From Patescibacteria group bacterium (GTDB taxonomy: Bacteria > Patescibacteriota > Minisyncoccia > JACROR01): a stretch of DNA of 53,884 nt. Shown here in pieces: positions 28,061-37,134 of the stretch; the stretch's first letter is position 1; the number at the start of each line of letters is the position of its first letter. The translations under genes and the position numbers were made by a program. The DNA lies in assembly GCA_038065295.1 (NCBI GenBank), contig JBBTRG010000006.1:1596-55479 (forward strand), given 5' to 3'. The notes under the pieces were generated by a model. It saw only the letters and a list, made by a program, of their open reading frames with translations. It made no database searches and had not been told where the DNA came from.

Positions 28061-28089
28061 TTATATTTTATTCGTAATCCTGTCCTTAA

Positions 28090-28977
28090 TTAAATTTTGG
28101 CGACTGCCCGCAACTTTGCGGAACGGGATCGCGGGTTTCGCGATATCTCCTCCCTCATGGCTACTATCGGTTTTTTGGCCAACAGTTCAGCCCCACCCTC
28201 CTGCTTTTTGTCCCGAAAAAAATTTTTTACGATCCGATCTTCCAATGAATGAAAAGATATAACCGCCATTCTGCCGTCCGGAGCAAGCAATTTCCACCCC
28301 TCCGCCAAGCCTTCTTTCAAAGCATTCAATTCATCGTTTACCGTTATGCGCAAAGCCTGAAAGGTGCGTGTGGCAGGATGAATTCTCCCCCGCTCATAAT
28401 TTTTAGGAACAGCCTGTTGGATAATCTCCGCCAATTCCGTAGTGCGGCGAATTCTTTTTTTTCTCCTCGCCTCCACAATGCGCCGCGCGATTCTTCCAGC
28501 AAAACGCTCTTCGCCGTAAACACGGATAATTTCTTTCAAACGATCTTCCGGCCAATCATTCACTATTTTTTCAGCAGTAAGATCTCTCGGCTCAAGATTC
28601 TTTTTCAATGTCATAACCAATGGCTCGTCTTCCTTGAAAGCAAATCCTCTACCCGATTCTTCCAATTGCAAAGAACTAAATCCCAAGTCATACAAAATGC
28701 CGTCCACCATGCCCGCATACTCCGCAAGTAAATTTCCGATATCGCGAAAATTTCCGTTTATAAAGATGACCCGTTTGTCTCCCCCGAATTCACGTCCCAA
28801 TTTTTCTATCATGCCCGCGTCGTAATCAATGCCGATGATTTTCCCTCCGTCAGATAATCGCTTCAACATCGCCCTCAAATGCCCGCCGCCGTCTGCCGTC
28901 GCGTCCACAAATATTTTGCCTCGCGGCACATCAAGCAGCCGTATAACCTCTTCTAAAAGAACAGGCTCGTGCGCCAT
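28090..28977 (-). CDS. rsmH: 16S rRNA m4C1402 methyltransferase RsmH
   Basis: HEPVLLEE, DAT..GGGH, DLGFSS.QL, HPATRTFQALRI.VN.EL, ISFHSLEDR, NPRSRSAKLR. Confidence 0.97.
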   Translation of the reverse strand: MAHEPVLLEEVIRLLDVPRGKIFVDATADGGGHLRAMLKRLSDGGKIIGIDYDAGMIEKLGREFGGDKRVIFINGNFRDIGNLLAEYAGMVDGILYDLGFSSLQLEESGRGFAFKEDEPLVMTLKKNLEPRDLTAEKIVNDWPEDRLKEIIRVYGEERFAGRIARRIVEARRKKRIRRTTELAEIIQQAVPKNYERGRIHPATRTFQALRITVNDELNALKEGLAEGWKLLAPDGRMAVISFHSLEDRIVKNFFRDKKQEGGAELLAKKPIVAMREEISRNPRSRSAKLRAVAKI

Positions 28978-28979
28978 AA

Positions 28980-29414
28980 TCAGTACGCGCCCAGCTCTCC
29001 CAAACGCTCAGCCAAAACATCAGCTTCTTTTTCAACCTCATCCCGATATTTATTCCATCTTTCCTCATCCCAAATTTCCAATCGTTTATACACTCCGCAG
29101 ATTATCACTTTTTCTTTAAGTTCCGCGTATTTTTTCAAATAGTCCGGAATTAAAATCCGTCCCAACTGATCCATGTCCGCCTCGGACGCGCCTGCTAAAA
29201 AAAATCTTGCATTATCTCGCTTGTCTTTCTGATTCATGGGCAAGGCGCTTAATTTTTCAGCAAACTTGCTCCACTCATAAAGCGGATAAACAAAAAGGCA
29301 CTTGTCCAAGCCCCTTGTAATAATTGCCTGCTTGCCTAATTCCTTCCTGAATTTGGCAGGCAAAGAAACTCTTTTCTTGGCGTCTAGCGTATGAGTAAAT
29401 TCACCTATTAGCAT
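28980..29414 (-). CDS. mraZ: Transcriptional regulator MraZ
   Basis: MLIGEF.HTLDAKKRVSLP, RGLDKCL, DQLGRILIP, EIWD. Start placed at 29414; the longer ORF extension runs through the regulatory repeats. Confidence 0.96.
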   Translation of the reverse strand: MLIGEFTHTLDAKKRVSLPAKFRKELGKQAIITRGLDKCLFVYPLYEWSKFAEKLSALPMNQKDKRDNARFFLAGASEADMDQLGRILIPDYLKKYAELKEKVIICGVYKRLEIWDEERWNKYRDEVEKEADVLAERLGELGAY

Positions 29415-29416
29415 AG

Positions 29417-29507
29417 TTATCCACTTTATCCACAGATTTATCCACAATTTCCCACTACACTTATATCATATCCCACCTTATAGAACCAGTCAAAACACTT
29501 ATCCACA
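29417..29507 (-). promoter_or_regulatory. mraZ/dcw promoter with DnaA-box and GTGG (MraZ-type) repeats
   Basis: Minus-strand TTGACT-17-TATGAT (29493-29465). Perfect TTATCCACA at 29426, 29438 and 29499; one-mismatch copy at 29417; further CCAC at 29452 and 29473. Confidence 0.75.
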
Positions 29508-29561
29508 CCGCCCTTACAGGGGTATTCCAATAAATCCTTATATAAAGCCATAAATTAAAAT

Positions 29562-29586
29562 TTGTCGGAAATGGAGTTTCCGACAA
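29562..29586. repeat. Isolated perfect hairpin
   Basis: TTGTCGGAAA-TGGAG-TTTCCGACAA, 10-bp stem, no T tract. Confidence 0.6.
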
Positions 29587-29596
29587 CACAAACAAA

Positions 29597-29626
29597 AAAT
29601 CGGGCAGTTATAAAATTGCCCGATTT
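29597..29626 (-). terminator. Terminator downstream of lysS
   Basis: AAATCGGGCA...TGCCCGATTT stem with a T-rich tail on the minus strand. Confidence 0.7.
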
Positions 29627-29646
29627 ATAAAAACGCCCGCTATACT

Positions 29647-31116
29647 TTATTCTTTCGGACGCAAAGTCGGGAAAAGTATTACTTCACGGATATTATGCGT
29701 ATTGGTCAAAAGCATGATTAAGCGATCAATTCCCAAACCAACTCCTCCTGCTGGCGGCATTCCATACTCCATGGCTTCCAAATAATCTTCATCGGACGGC
29801 GACACTTCCGCTTCGCCCGCCCTACGTCTTCTATCCTGTTCCAAAAATCTCTCGCGCTGATCTATGGGGTCGTTTAATTCCGAAAAAGCGTTCACCAATT
29901 CCAAACCACCCACTACCAACTGAAAGCGGTCTATAAAGCGCGAATTATCTGAATGCCGCTTGGCAAACGGCGACGCCCCCACCGGATAGTCCACGATGAA
30001 TGTCGGCTGTATAAGTTTCGGACGGCAAATTTTTTTATAAATATTATCCATTATCTTTTCAGCGCTATCTGACGAATCCACCGCAACCCCCAGCCTTTGC
30101 GCAGTCAACGACAAATCCTCCCTTGAACCAATCTCAGGATTTATAATCAACGCGTATTTTTTCAACAATTCAAAATAAGAAATCACCGCGAACTTTTTGG
30201 AAAAATCTATCTTCATGTCCTGATATTCCACCGCGGATTTTTTTATCGCATTTTTCACCAAAAATTTAAGCATTTTCTCCACGAACGCGCGCTGACGTGC
30301 CGCGTTGGAATAAGCTTCGTAAAATTCAAGCATGGTAAATTCAGGATTGTGCGTCACGTCTATGCCTTCATTCCGGAAATTCCTGCCGATCTCATAAACC
30401 TTGATTAATCCGCCTACCAGCAATTTTTTCAAATATAATTCCGGTGCTATTCTCAAAAATAAATCAGCGTTGAGCGCGTTGTGATGCGTTTTAAAAGGAA
30501 TAGCCGTGGCGCCTCCAGCCAAAGGTTGAAGCATTGGAGTTTCCACTTCCATATACCCGTTTTCGTCCAAAAATGCCCGTAGCGCGGAAATAATTTTAGA
30601 CCGCGTCAAAAATCTCATCCTGACTTCATCGTTCATCAAAACATCCAGATATCTACGGCGATAACGCTCTTCCACATCCTGCAAGCCGTGCCATTTTTCT
30701 GGCAGAGGCCGCAAGCTCTTGGAAAGCATCGTCCAAGAATGAGCCTTCACAGTTTTTTCATTTTTCTTGGTAAGAAATAAACGTCCTGTTACGGATATAA
30801 AATCGCCGATGTCCGTCTGGTCTTTGAATAAGAAAAATAGCTCATCTCCCAAATCATCCTTTTTAAAATAAACCTGCAATTTTGCCGTGCCGTCATGCAA
30901 ATCGCAAAAAATAGATCCGCCATGCTCGCGCCTCGCTAAAACACGCCCCGCCACACTAAAAGGCCGAGCGCGCTTTTTTAATTTATTAAAATCCGCAACC
31001 ACTTCTTTTAACGGAATAAAAGCGGGCGTTTCTACCGGGTAAGCCTCCATTCCGGCTTCTTTAATTTTATTTAATTTATCCGCGCGCCCCTGACGAATTT
31101 CATCCAAGGAAGACAT
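29647..31116 (-). CDS. lysS: Lysine--tRNA ligase (class II)
   Basis: OB fold AGRV, RYRRRYLD, LRIAPELYLK, FRNEG, HNPEFT, YGMPPAGG.G.GIDRL. Confidence 0.97.
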   Translation of the reverse strand: MSSLDEIRQGRADKLNKIKEAGMEAYPVETPAFIPLKEVVADFNKLKKRARPFSVAGRVLARREHGGSIFCDLHDGTAKLQVYFKKDDLGDELFFLFKDQTDIGDFISVTGRLFLTKKNEKTVKAHSWTMLSKSLRPLPEKWHGLQDVEERYRRRYLDVLMNDEVRMRFLTRSKIISALRAFLDENGYMEVETPMLQPLAGGATAIPFKTHHNALNADLFLRIAPELYLKKLLVGGLIKVYEIGRNFRNEGIDVTHNPEFTMLEFYEAYSNAARQRAFVEKMLKFLVKNAIKKSAVEYQDMKIDFSKKFAVISYFELLKKYALIINPEIGSREDLSLTAQRLGVAVDSSDSAEKIMDNIYKKICRPKLIQPTFIVDYPVGASPFAKRHSDNSRFIDRFQLVVGGLELVNAFSELNDPIDQRERFLEQDRRRRAGEAEVSPSDEDYLEAMEYGMPPAGGVGLGIDRLIMLLTNTHNIREVILFPTLRPKE

Positions 31117-31172
31117 AAATCACGACTTATTAACACTAATAACGCAATATCATTGTAACAAAAAACACGGCA

Positions 31173-31217
31173 ATTAAAAACTCCCACAGCCTGTAAAGAC
31201 TAGCGGGAGTTTTTAAT
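31173..31217 (-). terminator. Terminator downstream of greA
   Basis: ATTAAAAACTCCC...GGGAGTTTTTAAT inverted repeat. Confidence 0.7.
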
Positions 31218-31231
31218 CAAGGATCCTTTGT

Positions 31232-31705
31232 TTATAGAATGTCTAAAATTTGATAGCATACCGCGCCTTTAGGCGTGAACACTTTTGCCTCTTCTCCCCG
31301 CTTCTTCCCCAAAAGAGCCTTGCCTATCGGTGATTCATGGGAAATCTTGTTTATTTCAGGTTTGGCTTCTTCAGGACCGACTATAAAAAATTCGTGCGTG
31401 CTTCCGGCATCTATCTTTTTAGCCACGACTTTAACCCCTATATTCACTTTATCTGTCGCGTGATTTTTTGATATAATCACGGCGCGCTGGATCAAGTCCT
31501 TCACTTCAGCTATCCGAATCTCGTTGGCGGTCTGAGCTTCTTTGGCTTCCGCGTATTCTGAATTCTCCGACAAATCTCCCAAAGATTTAGCATATTCAAG
31601 ACGCGCAGCTATTTCTTTGCGCGATGTATCGCTCAATACTTTTAATTCTTCTTCCAGCTTCTTTAATCCTTCTTGGCTAATATATTCCGAATCATCACGA
31701 ATCAT
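31232..31705 (-). CDS. greA: Transcription elongation factor GreA
   Basis: GDLSENSEY..AKE, ISHESPIGKALLG. Confidence 0.96.
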   Translation of the reverse strand: MIRDDSEYISQEGLKKLEEELKVLSDTSRKEIAARLEYAKSLGDLSENSEYAEAKEAQTANEIRIAEVKDLIQRAVIISKNHATDKVNIGVKVVAKKIDAGSTHEFFIVGPEEAKPEINKISHESPIGKALLGKKRGEEAKVFTPKGAVCYQILDIL

Positions 31706-31829
31706 AAATATTTAAAAATTTAGCTATTTATCCTTAATACAATCACTATAATCCTAGAATACTATACTATAAATGCCATCTCGTCAAGCATAATTATGAA
31801 TATCACCCAATGGCCATTAACGGCAAAAT

Positions 31830-33569
31830 TTAATTTTTATTCTTCAGATACTCCGGACGGTGCACCATCATCCATTCATATAACTGCCGCGCCGCAAATG
31901 GAGCGCCCACAAGATTGTGCACGCTACCGCGCTCCAAAACAATACTCATGACCAAGGCCGGCTTATCGTATGGAGCGAAAGAAATAATCCACGAATTTAC
32001 GAATTCCTTGCCAATTTCCGCCGTACCGGTTTTGCCGGCCAAATTTATCCCCAATCCAGAAAGCGCTGCCGCTGTTCCACCAGGTGAAGCCGCCATACGC
32101 ATTCCCTCTTTAACCGCGGTAAAATACTTTCTATCTATGTCTATCGACGCTCCATATTGCGTTTCCGCTTCGTCAACCGTTCCGCCATCAGAATTTTTTA
32201 TTGCCTTGACTAGAAACGGACGAACTCTCACCCCATCCTGGCTTATAGCGGACACAACGGATGCCATCTGCAAAGGCGTTACCTGAAGCCACCCCTGCCC
32301 TATGCTTAAATTATAAGTATCTCCCACTCGCCAAATCTTGTCTGAAAGTGTTTGTGTTTTCCACTCTGGATTAGGAACAAAACCTTGTGCTTCCGGCACA
32401 AGATCGATTCCAGTGCCGCTGCCCAGCCCAAAAAGTTTCAAATATTTTCCTATGCGGGAAACGCCCAAACCTCCTATATCGTCAAACCCTCCGCCAACCG
32501 TATAAAAATAAACATTGGATGAAACGGCCAGCGCGTGCCTCAAATCAACCCACCCCTGCGGACGCCAATCGTAAAATATGGATGGTTCTTTGGGGTTATA
32601 CGGATTTGGAACCGATATGCTGCCGGAACTGAAAATCTGCCTGTTTTCATCAATCACGCCCTCGGAAAGCGCCGCCAACGCCATCACCGGCTTTATAATA
32701 GACCCTGGAGCGTACAATCCGCTTATGGCACGAAAGAAAAAAGGATTTTTCGAATCAGACATAAAAGAACGAACTTTAGCGGGATCACCTTGAGATAGCA
32801 CATTGGGATCGTACTCCGGCCAGCTGGTCATTGCTAAGACCTCACCGGTTCGCGGATCCATCACCACTCCTGCCCCCGCGTTAAACCCCCTATCCTGGAT
32901 AACGCTCCCTAAAATACGAAAAAGTTCCGATTGTAATTCCGCGTCTATGGTCAAAACAATGCTTTGTCCGTCTTTAGACGGCTTCTGCAAACTAGCCGAA
33001 ATTACCCGTTCTTTGGAATCAACCTCCACTAACCTACTGCCCGTTTCGCCCGCCAACACATCGTCGTATTGTCTTTCCACTCCGGCCTTACCCGCCAATT
33101 CTGAAGAATAATCCGAAACATGCCCCAAATATCCCAGCACGTGAGCCAATCCCGGCATGGAGGCATAAACCCGAACCGGCTCCACAACCAACCCATCGCC
33201 CAAAGCTGCCACATTACTTTCAGGCGGCGCGGAAGATGATACGACGCTATTCCAGCTTAACTCTCTGCCATTGCGGTCATAAATTACACCTCGCGCAGGT
33301 TTTAACGCGACAGCGCGCAATCTGTTCACATAAGCCTTATCCGCGAAATCTGACCCGCGCACCACATCCAAATAACCCACCCTACTCAAAAGAGTCAAAG
33401 AAAGCAGTCCAAAAAATACCGCCATCAAAAGCGGAGTCTTGAAAGTAATGGCTTTCTCCATAACTCCCTCAAAACTTTCCCGTTCCCATCCAGGCATATT
33501 TTTGGCGTCCATAAAGATTTCATCAGGCGTTATGTCCAAATCAGCCAATTTTTTCTTTTTGAAAAACAT
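31830..33569 (-). CDS. mrdA: Penicillin-binding protein 2 (elongasome class B PBP)
   Basis: RGVIYDRNG, YAPGSIIK (SxxK), SSNVYFY, IGQG...VTPLQ, AGKTGTAE. Downstream of mreBCD. Confidence 0.9.
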   Translation of the reverse strand: MFFKKKKLADLDITPDEIFMDAKNMPGWERESFEGVMEKAITFKTPLLMAVFFGLLSLTLLSRVGYLDVVRGSDFADKAYVNRLRAVALKPARGVIYDRNGRELSWNSVVSSSAPPESNVAALGDGLVVEPVRVYASMPGLAHVLGYLGHVSDYSSELAGKAGVERQYDDVLAGETGSRLVEVDSKERVISASLQKPSKDGQSIVLTIDAELQSELFRILGSVIQDRGFNAGAGVVMDPRTGEVLAMTSWPEYDPNVLSQGDPAKVRSFMSDSKNPFFFRAISGLYAPGSIIKPVMALAALSEGVIDENRQIFSSGSISVPNPYNPKEPSIFYDWRPQGWVDLRHALAVSSNVYFYTVGGGFDDIGGLGVSRIGKYLKLFGLGSGTGIDLVPEAQGFVPNPEWKTQTLSDKIWRVGDTYNLSIGQGWLQVTPLQMASVVSAISQDGVRVRPFLVKAIKNSDGGTVDEAETQYGASIDIDRKYFTAVKEGMRMAASPGGTAAALSGLGINLAGKTGTAEIGKEFVNSWIISFAPYDKPALVMSIVLERGSVHNLVGAPFAARQLYEWMMVHRPEYLKNKN

Positions 33570-33577
33570 GCTTCAAA

Positions 33578-34051
33578 TTAAGAATAGCGCGTCAAACGAT
33601 GATAAATAAAATATATCATAAAATGGACGCTAAAAATGATAGCCAAATAAAACGCGCTGTGGAATAAAATATAAAAATTTTCCTGCCAAAATTGCCACAC
33701 CCCAAAAACACCCGCGCGCCAATTTAAAATAATAAAACCGGCCGCATTTAAAATAAAAAAGGCCGTTAAAAACGCCGCGGATTTTCCTATAATACTAAAT
33801 ACGTTATCCTCCTGAAAAAATTTACCGATAATCTCGGCAAACAAGATAAGCGCCGCGAATAAAACCGTAAAAAACCCGAACGGCATGCCACTGACCGCAT
33901 CTAGAGCCAAACCGAGCAGAAGCGCTTCGGCAAACCAATGAAAACGGGCAATAGCATAAACCATCAACCCGAACACGAAAGACCACGGCAAAACAAATAC
34001 CCCGAACATTATCAGCAATAAAAAAAATATTCGCTGAACTATATATGTCAT
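33578..34051 (-). CDS. mreD: MreD-like integral membrane protein
   Basis: ~5 TM segments, GLALDAVSG..FG motif; lies between mreC and mrdA. Confidence 0.6.
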   Translation of the reverse strand: MTYIVQRIFFLLLIMFGVFVLPWSFVFGLMVYAIARFHWFAEALLLGLALDAVSGMPFGFFTVLFAALILFAEIIGKFFQEDNVFSIIGKSAAFLTAFFILNAAGFIILNWRAGVFGVWQFWQENFYILFHSAFYLAIIFSVHFMIYFIYHRLTRYS

Positions 34052-34072
34052 TCTCCTAAAAATTACAAACGA

Positions 34073-34873
34073 TTATTTTATTATCAAAACCGATCGCAGA
34101 TGCCAAATATTCAAAGGAGTGCGAGAAATCAACGTTTGGAAAAAATCCGAACTCTTTTGCTCTACCTTCTCCACAAAACCGACTAAATGCGGCGTACGGC
34201 TAATGGTAAAAATGCGCTCCCCCACGGTTACGGGCGCATCTTTCGGCAAAGAAATAGACATCATTTCCGCGCCGCGCCCGGACAATATCACGGGCATGCC
34301 TGAGCCTTCCAAATACACATTGGTCTCTTGCCCAAAATTGGAGATTAATCCAAGCCTGCTTTCGTGTTCAAACACCTCAGTAACATGACCTAAAAATATA
34401 TAACCAGGAGTTATGACATTCATGCCGACCTCCACGCCCTCCGACCATCCGACATCCACCAAAAAAGTATCGTACATTGTTTCCGGTGGAGCTAAAATTA
34501 TATTCGCTAAAATTTTCCGGTCTGGTTGGCGTCCTAAAATTATTTTAAAGTCTTCATTTTCTTTGCGTAACATTTCCAAATTTTCTATATTCCCTTTCAG
34601 ATTATCAACCACCTCCCTCAAATCATCATTTTCTTTTTGCAAACGCCCCTTATCCGCCAAAGCAAAACCCACGTTCTCTGTGGCGTTTTTTACCGAAGAA
34701 GCTACGCCAAACATTGGTTTTAAAAAACCAAAAACAGAATTGGAAATTGCCCGCTCCAACACATCGCCATAAGCGATAAACAATAAAACAAGCGCCACAA
34801 AAGCGCCTACAACAATTTTAAAACCAATATGAGGATATGTTTTATTGCGGAGGTAATTCGTCTTCATGATCAA
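34073..34873 (-). CDS. mreC: Rod shape-determining protein MreC
   Basis: TM, coiled coil (LRKEN), DVG..GVEVGM.V; follows mreB. Confidence 0.85.
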   Translation of the reverse strand: MIMKTNYLRNKTYPHIGFKIVVGAFVALVLLFIAYGDVLERAISNSVFGFLKPMFGVASSVKNATENVGFALADKGRLQKENDDLREVVDNLKGNIENLEMLRKENEDFKIILGRQPDRKILANIILAPPETMYDTFLVDVGWSEGVEVGMNVITPGYIFLGHVTEVFEHESRLGLISNFGQETNVYLEGSGMPVILSGRGAEMMSISLPKDAPVTVGERIFTISRTPHLVGFVEKVEQKSSDFFQTLISRTPLNIWHLRSVLIIK

Positions 34874-35894
34874 TCAAAGCATCCCTTAAAGAGTCAATGT
34901 CTTCCAAAATAATACCCGTACCGCGAACAACCGCGGTTATGGGATCTTCAGCGACCTTAACCGGTATTTTAGTTTCATTTTCTATAATCTTATCCAGCCC
35001 GCGCAAAAAAGACCCTCCGCCGACAAGCATTATGCCTCGGTGCATAATGTCCGCCACAAGCTCCGGAGGCGTTTCTTCGATCAGTTCTTTTACGGCATTC
35101 ACCAAAAGACGGGTAGATTTTGAAAGCGCCTCCCTGATATCGGCATCAGTTACTATAACCTCGCGCGGTAGACCGGTAACCAAATCGCGCCCGCGTACCG
35201 TGGATTCCATAGGCACTCCGCCCTTCCATACCGAACCTATGGCAATTTTAATATCTTCGGCCGTTCTCTCACCCAAGAGAAGCTTAAATTCGTCTCTCGC
35301 GTAATTGATTATGTCCTGATTAAACCTATCTCCGGCCACGCGCAAATTAGTCGCCTTTACTATTCCGCCTAAAGATATAACAGCTATGTCCGTCGTGCCC
35401 CCCCCAATGTCTATTATCATATTGCCAATCGGTTCTTGTATAGGCATGCGTATACCAATAGCCGCAGCCATTGGTTCTTCAACCAAAAATACCTCTCTCG
35501 CTCCGGCGTTTCTCGCGGCATCACGCACCGCCCGCCTCTCAACCTCCGTAATGCAAGACGGAACTCCTATCACCACCCTGGGACGCGCGAATAAGGCGGA
35601 ATTCTTGGAATGTACCTGACGTATAAAATAAGCGATCATTTCCTCGGTAACTTCAAAATCCGAAATGACGCCTTCCACCAGCGGACGAACCGCGGTGATA
35701 TGAGCCGGCGTACGCCCCACCATTCTTTTGGCTTCGGCGCCTATAGCTACGATTTGACCGGTCTTTTGATTCACAGCCACCACGGACGGCTCATTAATAA
35801 CAATGCCGCGGCCCTTTACGTAAACCAGGGTGGTCGCGGTTCCCAAATCAATCCCTATATCGTGCGAAAATAATGAAAATAATTTATTAAGCAT
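34842..35894 (-). CDS. mreB: Rod shape-determining actin MreB
   Basis: IGIDLGTA, NEPSVVA, EEPMAAAIG, DIGGGTTD, TPPEL.ADI, GGGS.L. Confidence 0.96.
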   Translation of the reverse strand: MLNKLFSLFSHDIGIDLGTATTLVYVKGRGIVINEPSVVAVNQKTGQIVAIGAEAKRMVGRTPAHITAVRPLVEGVISDFEVTEEMIAYFIRQVHSKNSALFARPRVVIGVPSCITEVERRAVRDAARNAGAREVFLVEEPMAAAIGIRMPIQEPIGNMIIDIGGGTTDIAVISLGGIVKATNLRVAGDRFNQDIINYARDEFKLLLGERTAEDIKIAIGSVWKGGVPMESTVRGRDLVTGLPREVIVTDADIREALSKSTRLLVNAVKELIEETPPELVADIMHRGIMLVGGGSFLRGLDKIIENETKIPVKVAEDPITAVVRGTGIILEDIDSLRDALIDHEDELPPQ

Positions 35895-37134
35895 TGGTGT
35901 TTTGCCTCAATATATTTAAAAGCTCATTTTTATCCGCCAATTTAACATCTTGCTCGGCGCGCTTCTTAATTTCGTATTTGCTTGCCGCTATGGTTTTCTC
36001 GCTAACCACCACCCTGTATGGCATTCCCAAAAGATCGGAATCGGCGAATTTTTCTCCCGGACTCTTGCCTTCCCTGTCGTCATAAAGAACTTCAACCCCC
36101 GCCGCCTTCAATTCATCATAGAGATTATCCGCTACACTCCTTGAATTGGCAATATTGATTAAATGCGTTAAATATGGCGCAACTTGTTCCGGCCAAATCA
36201 TGCCTTTTTCGTCATGATGAACCTCAATTATCGCGCCAAGCAGCCTTCCCAGCCCTATGCCATAGCAACCCATCAAAACCGGACACACTCTTCCTTCTGC
36301 GTCCTTATAGGATAATCCAAACGCGTCTGAAAATCTGGTTTTTAAATTAAAAATATTCCCCACTTCAATGGAACGTTTTTCCACCAAATTTTTATTGCCG
36401 CATACTGGGCAATAATTCTGTTCGTTAATAATTTCTTTGTTCACCGCGACACGGCAAGATTCGCAAAGATATATGGTGTCTTCTCCGGCCGCAGTCACGG
36501 TCTGAAATTCATGGGAATATTTTGAAAAGCTGCCGCCCGAAGCGAATGTAATGTAAGTAATGTCTCCAATTCCCGCTTTTTCAAATATATTGCGGTAAAC
36601 AGTCTTCATCTTCTCGTAATATGCGTCCAAATCCGCCTCATCCTTATGAAAAGAATAAAAATCTTTCATAAAAAATTCTTTTCCGCGCAAAAGCCCGGAT
36701 TTAGCGCGCAGTTCCATTCTGAATTTGTTCTGAATCTGGAACAAATAAAGCGGCAGATCTTTGTAAGAAGAAATAAACTTCTTTGCCAAAGGTACTACAA
36801 TCTCCTCGTGCGTAGGACCCAACGCGAATTCTTTGCCACTCTTGTCCGCAACTTTGTACAAATCATCCATCGTGTCCCACCTGCCCGTAACGGCCCAATT
36901 TTCTTTGGGCTGAAGCGAAGGCATCAGAATTTCCTGACCGCCCGCGCCCTCCATTTCTTCCCTTATTATATTTTCTATTTTTTTTAGCGCGCGAAATCCC
37001 AGCGGCAAATAGGTGTAAACCCCCGCCATAAGCTTGTCCGTAAAGCCGCCGCGCGAAAGCATTTGCGCGTTTATGGAAACTTCATCTTTAGGAGCGTCTT
37101 TTTGGGTTCTGGTAAAAAGTTGTGATTGTCTCAT
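35887..37134 (-). CDS. proS: Proline--tRNA ligase (short form without editing insertion)
   Basis: MRQSQLF start at 37134 (ATGA overlap with rseP), LGPTHEE, QIQNKFR.E.R, IEVGNIF.L, MGCYGIG, LYDDR. Confidence 0.95.
   Translation of the reverse strand: MRQSQLFTRTQKDAPKDEVSINAQMLSRGGFTDKLMAGVYTYLPLGFRALKKIENIIREEMEGAGGQEILMPSLQPKENWAVTGRWDTMDDLYKVADKSGKEFALGPTHEEIVVPLAKKFISSYKDLPLYLFQIQNKFRMELRAKSGLLRGKEFFMKDFYSFHKDEADLDAYYEKMKTVYRNIFEKAGIGDITYITFASGGSFSKYSHEFQTVTAAGEDTIYLCESCRVAVNKEIINEQNYCPVCGNKNLVEKRSIEVGNIFNLKTRFSDAFGLSYKDAEGRVCPVLMGCYGIGLGRLLGAIIEVHHDEKGMIWPEQVAPYLTHLINIANSRSVADNLYDELKAAGVEVLYDDREGKSPGEKFADSDLLGMPYRVVVSEKTIAASKYEIKKRAEQDVKLADKNELLNILRQNTNA

Noticed and set aside
29417-29640. 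Replication origin (oriC)
   Set aside because: DnaA boxes are present, but there is no dnaA/dnaN nearby, gene orientation does not switch across the site, and the boxes overlap the mraZ promoter and leader. Not fully excluded without genome-wide skew.
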